Assembly (NCBI GenBank): GCA_050010535.1
Contig: JBEKKT010000002.1
Location: 11,247 to 75,246, forward strand
Source: Methanomassiliicoccales archaeon
GTDB taxonomy: Archaea > Thermoplasmatota > Thermoplasmata > Methanomassiliicoccales > JACIVX01
Length of the DNA stretch: 64,000 bases
Direction: 5' to 3'
This document shows positions 10,283-20,166 of the stretch, piece after piece. The translations under genes were made by a program, and so were the position numbers. The first letter of the stretch is position 1; the number at the start of each line of letters is the position of its first letter. The notes below the pieces were generated by a model, which did no database searches, had not been told where the DNA came from, and saw only the letters and a list, made by a program, of their open reading frames with translations.

Positions 10283-10298
10283 AAAAGGAGGTAGAAGA

Positions 10299-10610
10299 AT
10301 GGAATACATATACAGCGCATTGGTTCTTCATGCCGCTGGAAAGCAGGTAACGGAGGATTCTATTGCCGGGATCCTTAAGAGCGCGGGCGTCGAGCCCGAC
10401 GTCGCGAGGATAAAGGCGCTGACCGCCTCCCTCGATGGAGTCAACATCGACGAGGCGATCAAGAGCGCGGCAGTAGCAGTCTCCGCCCCAGCCGCAGCAG
10501 CTGCGCCAGCCGGAGAGCCGAAGAAGGAAGAGAAGAAAGAAGAGAAGAAGAAGGAAGAGGCAGTCTCTGAGGAAGAGGCCGCTGCAGGCCTTAGCGCTTT
10601 ATTCGGCTGA
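10299..10610 (+). CDS. rpl12: 50S ribosomal stalk protein L12/P1
   Basis: [11 protein letters not shown], Ala-rich hinge, GLSALFG; SD GGAGGT. Confidence 0.97.
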   Translation: MEYIYSALVLHAAGKQVTEDSIAGILKSAGVEPDVARIKALTASLDGVNIDEAIKSAAVAVSAPAAAAAPAGEPKKEEKKEEKKKEEAVSEEEAAAGLSALFG

Positions 10611-10629
10611 AGCCGGAGCTGAGCGCGAT

Positions 10630-10664
10630 CCCTATTGGTCGTCTCTGGAAACAGAGGCGAAGGG
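10630..10664 (+). other. GAAA-tetraloop hairpin downstream of rpl12
   Basis: TCGTCTCTG-GAAA-CAGAGGCGA 9-bp stem (one G-U) plus outer CCCT/AGGG pairing. Confidence 0.4.
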
Positions 10665-10682
10665 GCGGTAGCAGGTGGCGTA

Positions 10683-11054
10683 CTACATCTTATCAATGAC
10701 CTGCGAAACCTCTTTCTCGAGCAGTGAGGCGATATCCTTCCCGAGCTTTTCTCTCATGTCGTTCGGAATCATGGTCAGACCGAGTTCCGCCCCGCACTTC
10801 GTCAGCTTCAGTAATGCGTAGGTCTCGTTCATCTTCGCGGAGACTAACTCACCCACGGCGGCCTTCATCTCCCTTTTGAGCTCTAGATTCTCATCCAGTC
10901 TCTGGCGGACGTACTTCTTTATTTCATCCTTGATCATGTCCCTGAGGGCTTCCACCAACAGGTCCTCGGTGTGAAATGCTCCGAGTTGGCTTCTAACCAT
11001 CGATGCGATGTTCTCTTCAGGCATACTAAACAAAGAAAGCATGTTGTCACGCAT
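10683..11054 (-). CDS. Hypothetical helical protein
   Basis: 123-aa ORF filling the intergenic space with host-like composition; start uncertain. Confidence 0.6.
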   Translation of the reverse strand: MRDNMLSLFSMPEENIASMVRSQLGAFHTEDLLVEALRDMIKDEIKKYVRQRLDENLELKREMKAAVGELVSAKMNETYALLKLTKCGAELGLTMIPNDMREKLGKDIASLLEKEVSQVIDKM

Positions 11055-11205
11055 ATAACTATTTTCTAGAGCTCATTCCTCCTAAGTGTCTTGGCGTTCA
11101 CCCAGCACCGACTCCACGGCACCTTCCTAACATGTCGCTGGATGTGTTCGATCCCTCATGCAAAGAAACATTAAATAATCACACTGACTACTTTGCCCGG
11201 TTACC

Positions 11206-12159
11206 ATGAAACTGAAGGACCTCTACCGGATGGCTGTCGAGACTGGTATCAAGGCAGACCCTAGGACTGCGGAAGAAATCGAGGCCGAACTCAAGCGCGC
11301 CGAGGAGAAGATGAACAAACTCGAGGAAAGAGAGAAGAAGTGGTTCGACCCCGACACGTTGTGGAACCCTTACGCCGACACAAGAGTCCTTTGTGGAGAC
11401 CTAGACACTGAGATAAGGAGCGTGATCTGGGGCATCGACGTCACGCCCGCCGAGGCCCTCCTCGCGGATAGGCTCAAAGAAAAGGGCGCGACGATCGACG
11501 CGATCATAAGCCACCACCCGAGGGGGAAGGCGGCGGCGAACTTCTACGACGTCATGCACGTCCAAGAGTACATGCTGCAGAGGTTCGGCGTCCCGATAAC
11601 CGTAGCCGAGGACATCCTTTCCCCGAGGATCAAGGAAGTGCAGCGGGGTGTGCACTCTCAGAACTTCAATCAACCGGTCGATGCGTGCAGAATGCTCAAC
11701 ATACCTCTGATGTGTATCCACTCGCCGACCGACAACCTAGTCCAGAAGTACCTGCAGGACCTCATGGACTCGAAGAAACCAGACAGAGTAAAGGATGCAA
11801 TGGACATCCTTTCGGACATACCGGAATACGAATTCGCGCTAAGGCACAACGCAGGACCGGAGCTTTTCGTCGGCGACAAGAACAGGAGGGCCGGCAAGAT
11901 TGCCGTGAAGATGACAGGGGGCACGGCCGGACCGAAGGAGATGTACGAGCAATTGGTGCGGGCCGGCGTCGGAACGGTGATTTGCATGCACGTCCCGGAG
12001 AACCACATCGAAGAGGCGAAGAAGTACCACATCAATGTCGTCATATCAGGTCATATGGCGTCCGACTCTCTCGGCATTAACATCTTGGCAGACAGGGTCG
12101 AGAAAGAGGGGATAGCAATCACCCCGTTCTCAGGATACATAAGGGTGAAGAGAAGTTGA
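11206..12159 (+). CDS. NIF3 / NGG1p-interacting factor family protein
   Basis: WGIDV, AIISHHP, MCIHSPTDN, GHMASDSLGIN. Confidence 0.8.
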   Translation: MKLKDLYRMAVETGIKADPRTAEEIEAELKRAEEKMNKLEEREKKWFDPDTLWNPYADTRVLCGDLDTEIRSVIWGIDVTPAEALLADRLKEKGATIDAIISHHPRGKAAANFYDVMHVQEYMLQRFGVPITVAEDILSPRIKEVQRGVHSQNFNQPVDACRMLNIPLMCIHSPTDNLVQKYLQDLMDSKKPDRVKDAMDILSDIPEYEFALRHNAGPELFVGDKNRRAGKIAVKMTGGTAGPKEMYEQLVRAGVGTVICMHVPENHIEEAKKYHINVVISGHMASDSLGINILADRVEKEGIAITPFSGYIRVKRS

Positions 12160-12161
12160 GA

Positions 12162-13334
12162 ATGATACCTCAGCCCGGCGTCCAGTCGAAGATATTCAAG
12201 GACATCTCCAAGCTGTCTTTCGACTACGTCCCCGAGAAGCTCGTCCACAGAGAAATACAAATGGAGAAGTTGTGGATGCTCTTCCGGCCGGTGCTCGAAA
12301 GCGGCGCGTCCCAGACCGCGTTCCTCATCGGAGGCGTCGGCACCGGCAAAACGGCGTTATCAAAACGTTTCTGCCTCGACCTGGTGAGGGCGGCGCAGGA
12401 CAGGAAGCGGGCAATCGATTTCATCGTCGTAAACTGCCGTCAGAGGAACACCGAGACAAGTGTTCTGCTGAGGCTGGTGTCGCATTTCGACGAAGGCTAC
12501 CCGGACAGAGGATTCTCCTCGGCCGAGATGCTCAGCTCTCTCCGGAAGCACCTGGAGAAGAGGAAGCTGCACCTCGTGATCATCCTCGACGAGGCGGACG
12601 TCCTTCTGAAGAAAGGCGCGGGCGATCTCATCTACCACCTATCGAGGTTCGACGAGGAAAAAGTGGGAGGACGCGCTTCGATCTCCCTCATTCTCGTCTC
12701 CCAGAAGTACGTGCTCGACATGCTGGACCCCGCCTCCCTGTCGACCTTCAAGAGAGCGAACGCGATCACCTTCGACAGGTACGCATGCGAGGAGCTGAGA
12801 GATATCATCAACAGCAGGATCGGGCTCGCATTCTACCCGAACATCGTGAGGAGCGACGCGGTGGAGCTCATGGCCGACATATCTGCCGACTGGGGCGACG
12901 CCAGATTCGCCATTGAGCTCCTCGAGAGGTCCGGCATGCTAGCTGAAGAGGAGAGCATGGACAACGTGACGCCGGAGCACGTCAGGGCGGCGAAGGCGCT
13001 CACGTACAGCGTCGTGACTGAATCAAGGATCGAAGGGCTCGACGCCCAGCGGCGACTTGTACTCCTAGCCATAACGAAGGCGATGAAGGACCGGGCGTAC
13101 GTAACGACTGGTGACGTGGAGAGATCGTACGCTGTTGCGGCAGAGGAGTATGGAGAAAGACCGAGAGGACACACGCAGTTCTGGGCCTACATACAGGACA
13201 TCTCGAATGAGGGACTCATCGAGACGAAGGTCTCGAGCGATGCTGCAGGTGGAAGGACCACATACATCTCCTTACCAGACATACCGGCAAAGGTCCTCAG
13301 ACAGAAGCTGGAAGAGATACTTGAAGGGCGCTGA
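12162..13334 (+). CDS. cdc6: Orc1/Cdc6 family replication initiator
   Basis: YVPEKLVHRE, Walker A GGVGTGKT, Walker B IILDEAD, GDARFAI sensor, C-terminal wHTH. Confidence 0.93.
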   Translation: MIPQPGVQSKIFKDISKLSFDYVPEKLVHREIQMEKLWMLFRPVLESGASQTAFLIGGVGTGKTALSKRFCLDLVRAAQDRKRAIDFIVVNCRQRNTETSVLLRLVSHFDEGYPDRGFSSAEMLSSLRKHLEKRKLHLVIILDEADVLLKKGAGDLIYHLSRFDEEKVGGRASISLILVSQKYVLDMLDPASLSTFKRANAITFDRYACEELRDIINSRIGLAFYPNIVRSDAVELMADISADWGDARFAIELLERSGMLAEEESMDNVTPEHVRAAKALTYSVVTESRIEGLDAQRRLVLLAITKAMKDRAYVTTGDVERSYAVAAEEYGERPRGHTQFWAYIQDISNEGLIETKVSSDAAGGRTTYISLPDIPAKVLRQKLEEILEGR

Positions 13335-13444
13335 GATATCTAGTCATGCTTCGGTCAGCAGCCAGCATGTGGGAGCCCTCCTTGCCTTCCATCACAAAGG
13401 TAAATTAGTCCGACGCATGGTTGCAAAGCGGAGGAATCGAGCAA

Positions 13445-14641
13445 ATGAAAGTGACCCCCTTGCACGACTTCCATGTCAAAATGGGCGCGAGAATGATCGA
13501 ATTCGCAGGGTGGGAGATGCCGGTCCAGTACACGAACGTAACGGAAGAGCATCTCGCGGTCAGGAATGCCGCAGGGATGTTCGATGTCTCTCATATGGGG
13601 GATATCATCATCCGGGGAGTGGGGGCGGAGGACCTGCTCAGGAGGCTCCTAACCAACGATGTGAAAGGGATGTCCGTCAGTCAGGCTATGTACGCCCATA
13701 TCCTTGACGAGAAGGGCAGGATCATGGACGACACGATTGTGACCCGCATCCGGAACGGAGAATATCTCATGGTCCCGAATGCCGCCACGACCCCCAGGAT
13801 CATCTCGTGGGTACTCGAGCATACCGACAAGCAGGAGATCGTCGACGCAGCGACCGCCTCTCATGCATCGCACTCAGGGGCCAAAGGCGCAGGAGATACT
13901 TCAGAAGATGACTACCTACAACCTCTCAGCGATGAAGAGGTTCACGGGGATTTCGTCGACGTGTCCATTGAAGGCAACCCGATCCCGGTCATACCTCAAG
14001 ACTTCAGACCGCAGGGCTTCCTAACGGAGGTCTTCTCTTTCGAGATGAAGCAGCGACCGATCAAGCCCGCGAAGAGCCACGTCGAATTCTCCGAGAAGTG
14101 TTACATCTCCCGAATCGGATACACCGGCGAGGACGGTTTCGAGATACTGTTAGAGAATGAGTCTGCAAAGGTCCTCTGGAACATACTCCTGCATATAGGA
14201 AAGGAGTACGGCCTCCTCCCCGCAGGAACTCGGGGCTAGGGACACTCTCCGCTTAGAGATGGGCTACCTCCTGTCAGGAACTGATTTCGACGGTACGCAA
14301 ACAACCCTGCAGACCGGCCCAGGCTGGGCGACGAAGTGGGGAACCACGACTTCATCGGGCGTTCGGCCCTCCTCGATCAGAAGAAGGCGCATGACTACCA
14401 GAGGCTGGTGGGAATCGAGGTCCTCGACAGGGGAATACCGCGCCATAGTTATGCGATCACGAAGAACGGGGGTGCAGTTGGCAGAATCACTAGCGGAACG
14501 ATGTCCCCCTCGCTGAAGAAGGGCATAGGCCTGGGATATGTCAGCCCTCCATACGACGCGATTGGGACGGATGTTAGGATACAGATACGGGATATGAGCG
14601 TGGCAGCGAGAATAGTCAAACCTCCGTTCCTCAAGAAGTGA
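13445..14641 (+). pseudogene. gcvT: Glycine cleavage T protein, frameshifted (probably sequencing indels)
   Basis: TPLH..FAGWEMPVQY, FDVSHMG, SRIGYTGEDGFE, LGARDTLRLEMG and GTMSPSLKKGIGLGY are distributed over different frames. Confidence 0.85.
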
Positions 14642-15735
14642 GGATGATAATCATACGACAATCGTCTCAGGACCGAGTGATCGACAAGACGACCAGGATC
14701 CTCCCGGAACTCTTACAGATCGACAGTACCAACAAGGCGGACAAATCCGATATCGTCAGATATGCCACCGAGAAATTGCGCGAATTCGGAATGAAGGTCA
14801 AGATCGTTGGGAATACGGAGGCGCCCGCGATTTTCGCGACGAATGACGCAGAGGGTGTCGTATTCTCAGGTCATCTGGACACGATCCCGATCGGGAATGG
14901 GTGGAAGAAAAAGCAAGGGGAGATCGCGAAAGGGAGAATATATAGTCGAGGCACGGCGGACATGAAGGGCGCCGTCGCTTCGATTCTTCACGCAGCGGAG
15001 ACCCTGATCGAAGATGGCGTCCCGTGTTCAGTCATGCTCACGACGGACGAAGAGGAGAGGATGCTAGGCGCTCTCGAACTGAGCAACATACGAACACTGA
15101 GAAAAGCACCCGCAATCATCATCTGCGAGCCGACGGGATTAGGCATCGCTTGCAAGGAGAAAGGAGTCTATCGAGTCAGATTGGTCACGCATGGGAAGGC
15201 CGCGCACTCGAGCCAGAGCTGGCTCGGAGAGAATGCGATTCTGAAGATGCACTCCCTGATCGGGAGACTGTCGAACCTGACCAGGACACTGCGGGGCCCT
15301 ACCGACGGCCTGACGATGTGCTTTGCCACGATAAAGGGTGGATCAAAAAACAATGTTGTTCCGGACAGATGCGAATTCGAAATCGATGTGAGGTTCCCCG
15401 CGCCTCAGACCCCCGATGACATCGCTGAACTTCTGGACAAGAGACTCGGAAGAAATGGATATAATATCGAAGTCATCTACGGACTGGATGCGTTCGACAC
15501 AGACCCGGAATCCTGGGTCGTCGCCGAGATCAAGCGCTTTCTGGGTACCAAAATCATAAACGTTCCCTACGCTACCGAGGCCCCGAGATACGCGAGGGCA
15601 AACAACTTGATCTACATCTGCGGCCCCGGGGAGCCGACCATGGCTCACGTCGCGGATGAGTGCGTGGAGATCTGTAAGCTGGAAAAGACATACGAAATGC
15701 TCGTCCGTCTGGTCAAGAAGGCAGCTCAGGGATAG
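14638..15735 (+). CDS. M20 family peptidase/deacylase (ArgE/DapE-like)
   Basis: SGHLDT, RGTADMKG, DEEE, GKAAHSS, AHVADE. Confidence 0.88.
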   Translation: MRMIIIRQSSQDRVIDKTTRILPELLQIDSTNKADKSDIVRYATEKLREFGMKVKIVGNTEAPAIFATNDAEGVVFSGHLDTIPIGNGWKKKQGEIAKGRIYSRGTADMKGAVASILHAAETLIEDGVPCSVMLTTDEEERMLGALELSNIRTLRKAPAIIICEPTGLGIACKEKGVYRVRLVTHGKAAHSSQSWLGENAILKMHSLIGRLSNLTRTLRGPTDGLTMCFATIKGGSKNNVVPDRCEFEIDVRFPAPQTPDDIAELLDKRLGRNGYNIEVIYGLDAFDTDPESWVVAEIKRFLGTKIINVPYATEAPRYARANNLIYICGPGEPTMAHVADECVEICKLEKTYEMLVRLVKKAAQG

Positions 15736-17024
15736 GTCCTCGCGACGGTTCTCGGGAACGGAATGACATCCCTTATGTGCTCGAACCCGCAGATCCACCT
15801 GACGACCCTTTCGAGACCGAGACCGAAACCCGAGTGCGGAACTGATCCGTACCTGCGCAGGTCAAGATACCATTGGTATGATTCCATCGGGATGCCCTGC
15901 GCCTCCAGTCTCTCTACGAGCAAGTTCAGGTCCGTCTCTCTCTCGCTCCCACCGATGATCTCGCCGTAGCCTTCCGGGGCAAGAAGATCCGCACACTTGT
16001 ACGTTTTGGAGTCCTCTGGGTCCTCCTTCATGTAGAACGCCTTGCACTCTTTCGAGAAGTTAGTGACGAACACCGGGACGGTCTCGCTCGCGGTAACCGC
16101 CCTCTCCTCCGCTGCGCCGAGATCGGAACCGTACTCGATCTCGAAGCCCTGGGATTTAAGCTGGTCTATCACCTGGGAGTACCTCATCCGCTTGAACGGA
16201 GGGATCACGGACCTCAGGGGATCGATGTCCCTCTTCAGAAGCTCAAGCTCCTCCTTCCTGTCGTCGAGAACCCTCTTTACCATTGCCGTCGTGAGCTGTT
16301 CCTGGATCTCCATGTTGCCCTCGTTCTCCACCCAGGCTTCCTCGAGCTCCAGATGCCAGTACTCCGTCAGATGCCTGGGGGTCCTGGACTTCTCGGCTCT
16401 GAAGGAAGGTGTAAGGGAATAAACCCTCTCCAGGGCGAAGATGAGCGCTTCCAAATACATCTGAGCACTCTGACTTAGATATGCTTCCCTGCCGAAGTAG
16501 TCCAGTTTAAACAACGTCACGCCCCCCTCGCACGCATTGGTTGTGAAGATCGGCGGCGTCACCTCGATGAAGTCGTTCTTCCTCAACCAGTCTCTCGCTC
16601 CTTCCATGGCGGTCGCCTTTATTTTCATCACGGCGTTCTGCTCGCGAGATCTGATCCAGAGATGCCTGTTGTCGAGGAGGAGCTCCTCGCTCTGGTACTC
16701 GGTGATAGGGAATGGCACAGCAGTCCCGACGATCTTGAAGCCGTTTGCCCGTATCTCGAATCCGCCCGGTGCACGCTTATCCTCGTGCACCGTGCCAGTC
16801 ACGATGACAGAGGATTCAATGGATGCAGCGATCGCACTCTCAAAGTCGGCGTCAGGCAGATTCCCCTTCTTGACCGTTACCTGGACTATGCCTGACGCGT
16901 CGCGTATCACGGAGAACACGATTGAACCGCTGCTCCGCGTCCGGTAGACCCAACCCCTCAAGGTCACCTCATCTCCTATCAGAGGATAGTCGAATATCTC
17001 TTTTGTCCGCACTGGAGACCTCAT
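15726..17024 (-). CDS. asnS: Asparagine--tRNA ligase
   Basis: OB-fold RGWV, LSQSAQMYLE, FRAEKSRTPRHLTEYWH, GEIIGGSERE, HSGFGLGLER; start placed at ATG 17024. Confidence 0.92.
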   Translation of the reverse strand: MRSPVRTKEIFDYPLIGDEVTLRGWVYRTRSSGSIVFSVIRDASGIVQVTVKKGNLPDADFESAIAASIESSVIVTGTVHEDKRAPGGFEIRANGFKIVGTAVPFPITEYQSEELLLDNRHLWIRSREQNAVMKIKATAMEGARDWLRKNDFIEVTPPIFTTNACEGGVTLFKLDYFGREAYLSQSAQMYLEALIFALERVYSLTPSFRAEKSRTPRHLTEYWHLELEEAWVENEGNMEIQEQLTTAMVKRVLDDRKEELELLKRDIDPLRSVIPPFKRMRYSQVIDQLKSQGFEIEYGSDLGAAEERAVTASETVPVFVTNFSKECKAFYMKEDPEDSKTYKCADLLAPEGYGEIIGGSERETDLNLLVERLEAQGIPMESYQWYLDLRRYGSVPHSGFGLGLERVVRWICGFEHIRDVIPFPRTVARTYP

Positions 17025-17154
17025 CAAGTGCAACGAACTGCATTCAACTATCTTTTCCTTTCGGTTTGTCAAGGAGGCCGCATCTAGATGTCCATCTCGC
17101 CCAATCGATGCGTACCGCAACAACGATTTATCTCCGCCGATCGATTCGCTACTC

Positions 17155-17613
17155 ATGAAGCTGAGGACAGCGTTTTTCTCGGACCTTGAGAACATCGAGA
17201 TCATCGAGAAGGGATCCTTCGACAGGGAGAGATACGAGAAGGAGGTGCTAACGCTGCTCCTGACGGATAAGGACTTCATGACGATCATCGCCGAGGAGAA
17301 GGATCTGGTCGTCGGATACGCGACGGTCTTCTGCAGGAGTGGGTGCCACTCCGCCAGGATCGTCTCCATAGCCGTTCTTCCAAAGTTCAGAAGGCAAGGC
17401 ATCGCTGAAGATCTCCTTGAAGCGCTCGAGGAGTACGCGATCTCAGCGTCGACGGAGAGACTCGCCCTCGAGGTTGCTAAGGCCAACGTTCCTGCCATCA
17501 ACCTGTACAACAGGCACGGATTCATGGTCGTATGCGAGATGCCGGACTACTATGGACCGGAGAAAGGCGCGTTCTACATGGAGAAGAGACTGGAAGCAAG
17601 GCAACGAAAGTAA
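17155..17613 (+). CDS. GNAT N-acetyltransferase (RimI-like)
   Basis: IAVLPKFRRQGIA, NVPAINLY, YYG motifs. Confidence 0.85.
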   Translation: MKLRTAFFSDLENIEIIEKGSFDRERYEKEVLTLLLTDKDFMTIIAEEKDLVVGYATVFCRSGCHSARIVSIAVLPKFRRQGIAEDLLEALEEYAISASTERLALEVAKANVPAINLYNRHGFMVVCEMPDYYGPEKGAFYMEKRLEARQRK

Positions 17614-17704
17614 CATGATTGGCAATTGATGGTTAGGATCCTTTCAATGGAAGGTATTTTTTATTACATCCCGCAGCGATATACGGCCCAAAGGGGGAGA
17701 GCTA

Positions 17705-18844
17705 ATGGACTTCGGAATCACAGATGAGCAAAGGATTCTGTTGGAGAAAGTGAAGAAGTTCTCAAAGGAGGAAGTCGAGCCTATAGCCGGCGAAATCGAC
17801 ATCAAAGGCATATTCCCAGATGACGTGATCCAGAAGATCGGCAGCATGGGTTTGAACGGCATGATCGTCTCGAAGCAGCTCGGCGGGATGGGGCTCGATA
17901 CAGTGACCTACGTGATGGTCGTGGAGGAGCTTTCCAAGGCTTCCGCCTCGGTGTCTGCGGCAGTGTCAGTAAACAATTCGCTCGTGTGCTACACTCTGGA
18001 CAAGTTCGGAAACGAGGTGCAGAAGAAGACGTTCCTCGTGCCTCTCGCGAACGGCAGCAGGATAGGTAGCTTTGCCGTGACGGAGCCGACCGCAGGGACG
18101 GATGCCGGCTCCATGCAGACGACCGCGAAGAAGGAAGGGGACTTCTATATACTGAATGGGACTAAGATATTCATCACAAACGCTGGGAAGAGCAAGACTG
18201 CCCTCATTTTCGCCATGACGGACAGAGGGAAGGGCGTAAAGGGGATCACCTCGTTCATCGTCGACACATCCTCTGAGGGCTATGTGGTGGGGAAGATCGA
18301 GGACAAGATGGGGATAAGGGGCTCGCAGCAGGCCCAGATATTCTTCGAGAATCTCGCCGTTCCGGCGGAGAACCTGCTCGGGAAGGAGGGGGAAGGGTTC
18401 AAGATCGCGATGTCAGCCATAGACTGCGGCCGCATCGGAATCGCGGCCCAGGCAGTGGGCATAGCTCAGTCCGCATTGGACGACTCGGTGAAATACGCGA
18501 AGGAACGGCAGCAGTTCGGAAAGCCAATCGGCGAATTCCAAGCAATCCAATGGAAGATCGCTGAGATGGCCACCTTGACGAACGCCGCTAGGTTCTTGAC
18601 TTACAGGGCCGCCTGGAAGAAGGACAAAGGAGAGAGGTTTTCGGCGGATGCCTCGATGGCGAAGCTCTATGCTTCGGACGTGGCAATGAGAGTGACCAGA
18701 GAGGCTGTCCAGGTGCACGGCGGGCATGGCTACATGAAAGGGTCGAACGTCGAGAGGCTATTCAGGGACGCCAAAATCACGGAGATATACGAGGGAACGA
18801 GCGAGGTACAGAAGATCGTCATAGCAAAAGAGATGCTGAAGTAG
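17705..18844 (+). CDS. Acyl-CoA dehydrogenase
   Basis: FAVTEPTAGTDA, NGTKIFITN, RQQFGKPI, IYEGTSEVQ. Confidence 0.95.
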   Translation: MDFGITDEQRILLEKVKKFSKEEVEPIAGEIDIKGIFPDDVIQKIGSMGLNGMIVSKQLGGMGLDTVTYVMVVEELSKASASVSAAVSVNNSLVCYTLDKFGNEVQKKTFLVPLANGSRIGSFAVTEPTAGTDAGSMQTTAKKEGDFYILNGTKIFITNAGKSKTALIFAMTDRGKGVKGITSFIVDTSSEGYVVGKIEDKMGIRGSQQAQIFFENLAVPAENLLGKEGEGFKIAMSAIDCGRIGIAAQAVGIAQSALDDSVKYAKERQQFGKPIGEFQAIQWKIAEMATLTNAARFLTYRAAWKKDKGERFSADASMAKLYASDVAMRVTREAVQVHGGHGYMKGSNVERLFRDAKITEIYEGTSEVQKIVIAKEMLK

Positions 18845-19042
18845 GGAACGCGATTCGAAACCGGCAAGGATTTCCGGCGACGCCGCCTGGAACCAGACAG
18901 ACTGAGAATCTGGTGTGGCGTTAATATATAGCCAGTATCTCACGATCTGAGCCGCAGGTATACGAAAATCATTAAATATCAAACCATGTATTCGCCGAGT
19001 GGTGTCAACACTCGCGGGATGTTGGCTCGAGGTGTGTGAAAA

Positions 19043-19210
19043 ATGGAAGAGACCCTGTGCAATGTCGAATTCCTGAAGAGCAACTCGACCTATGTGGCAA
19101 GAGTCCAGAGCGATCTCGGCGGAGTGAGAGAATACAGGAGCTCTAGTCTCGAAGAGGTCCTCGAACAGGTCATCATCGATCTGCAAGAGGAGTTCGAGAC
19201 CGCAGCGTAA
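19043..19210 (+). CDS. Small hypothetical protein (55 aa, below ORF-track cutoff)
   Basis: GAGGTG SD, then MEETLCNVEFLKSNSTYVARVQSDLGGVREYRSSSLEEVLEQVIIDLQEEFETAA*. Confidence 0.7.
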   Translation: MEETLCNVEFLKSNSTYVARVQSDLGGVREYRSSSLEEVLEQVIIDLQEEFETAA

Positions 19211-19304
19211 TCCATTTTCTGAACCTTGATTGACTTTGCTGCCAAAGTTCTGAGGAAGCAGGGCCTCCCGACGATTGGATCCGTTCCGACTTCGATGACA
19301 TGAT

Positions 19305-19673
19305 TTGGGGGGGTTTCGCGTGCAGGAAAAAGATAAGTCAGAATATGAGACCGTGATGGTCCACTACTATGGAGATGACCAGGTCACCGCACTCATCACA
19401 CTCAAGATAGATACGAAGGATGCTGAGTCGGTGGCCGAAAGGATATCGGACTACGACGTAGTCGAGGACGTCTTCCTGGTCACTGGGGACACAGACGTTG
19501 TGGCCAAGGCGAAGTTCCAGAACTACAATCAGTTGAAGAGGTTCCTTGTCGAGAAGGTGGCGAACATTCAAGGAGTTAAGGACATCAAAACATTGATGGT
19601 CGTGATGACCTTCAAGGAGAGAGGCGAGCTCAAGGTGGAGTCGGTCGCTGAGAAGATCAACGAGGAGGACTAA
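19305..19673 (+). CDS. Lrp/AsnC ligand-binding domain regulator
   Basis: VEDVFLVTGDTDVVAK RAM-domain motif; start uncertain (19305/19320/19356). Confidence 0.85.
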   Translation: MGGFRVQEKDKSEYETVMVHYYGDDQVTALITLKIDTKDAESVAERISDYDVVEDVFLVTGDTDVVAKAKFQNYNQLKRFLVEKVANIQGVKDIKTLMVVMTFKERGELKVESVAEKINEED

Positions 19674-19701
19674 GGGGGCACCAAGCACCCGTAGCAATTG
19701 C

Positions 19702-19974
19702 ATGAAGAAAGGTGGTAAGATGAAAGATAGCGTCAAACTCAAACAGATCATCGACGTGCTCGACCAGCTCGCCGAGGATACGTCGGTGCCGAGGAACATA
19801 AGAAGGGGTGCAACCGACGCTAAGGACCGATTGCTCAACCAGAACGAGGACTTGGACGTAAGGGCCGCGAGCGCCATTTTCATTCTAGATGAGCTGGCGA
19901 ACGACCCGAACATCCCGTTGCACGGCAGGACGCTCATCTGGAACATAATCAGCCAGCTGGAAACGGTCGGCTGA
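19702..19974 (+). CDS. UPF0147 family protein
   Basis: DTSVPRNIRRGA...LDELANDPNIPLHGRTLIW. Confidence 0.9.
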   Translation: MKKGGKMKDSVKLKQIIDVLDQLAEDTSVPRNIRRGATDAKDRLLNQNEDLDVRAASAIFILDELANDPNIPLHGRTLIWNIISQLETVG

Positions 19975-20091
19975 TATAACGGCCCGGTAAGTACACAGGC
20001 GAACGATCGGTCTGAAGACCTCCCGATATTCTAGTCTCTGTTTCTTCCAGTCAAAAAAGTTTAAAACGCCGAGTGCGGATTTAGTGCGGAA

Positions 20092-20166
20092 GCGGCTGTA
20101 GTCTAGTGGTTAGGACTGGAGCTTCCCAAGCTTCAAACTCGGGTTCGAATCCCGGCAGCCGCACCA
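20092..20166 (+). tRNA. tRNA-Gly (anticodon CCC), CCA encoded
   Basis: GCGGCTG/CAGCCGC acceptor stem, anticodon loop TTCCCAA, GGTTCGAATCC T-arm, upstream TTTAAA box. Confidence 0.97.
20151..20164 (+). repeat. att core (tRNA 3' end) CCCGGCAGCCGCAC
   Basis: Identical to 39565-39578. Confidence 0.92.

Noticed and set aside
10195-10610. Repeated AAGAAGGAAGAG-rich tracts and the shared [13 protein letters not shown] ends
   Set aside because: Normal conserved C-termini of archaeal stalk proteins P0 and P1
13404-13414. ATTAGTCCGAC, a 10/11 match to the cdrS palindrome arm
   Set aside because: Single half-site with no partner; plausible by chance
13334-13445. Replication origin next to cdc6
   Set aside because: No ORB-like repeats or AT-rich unwinding element visible on either side
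14237-14239. TAG in gcvT as possible pyrrolysine readthrough
   Set aside because: The TAG is in a shifted frame; the true GcvT frame reads LGARDTLR across it
15726-17525. 599-aa extended AsnRS
   Set aside because: The extra N-terminal 167 aa is the antisense of the GNAT gene; the real start is near 17024
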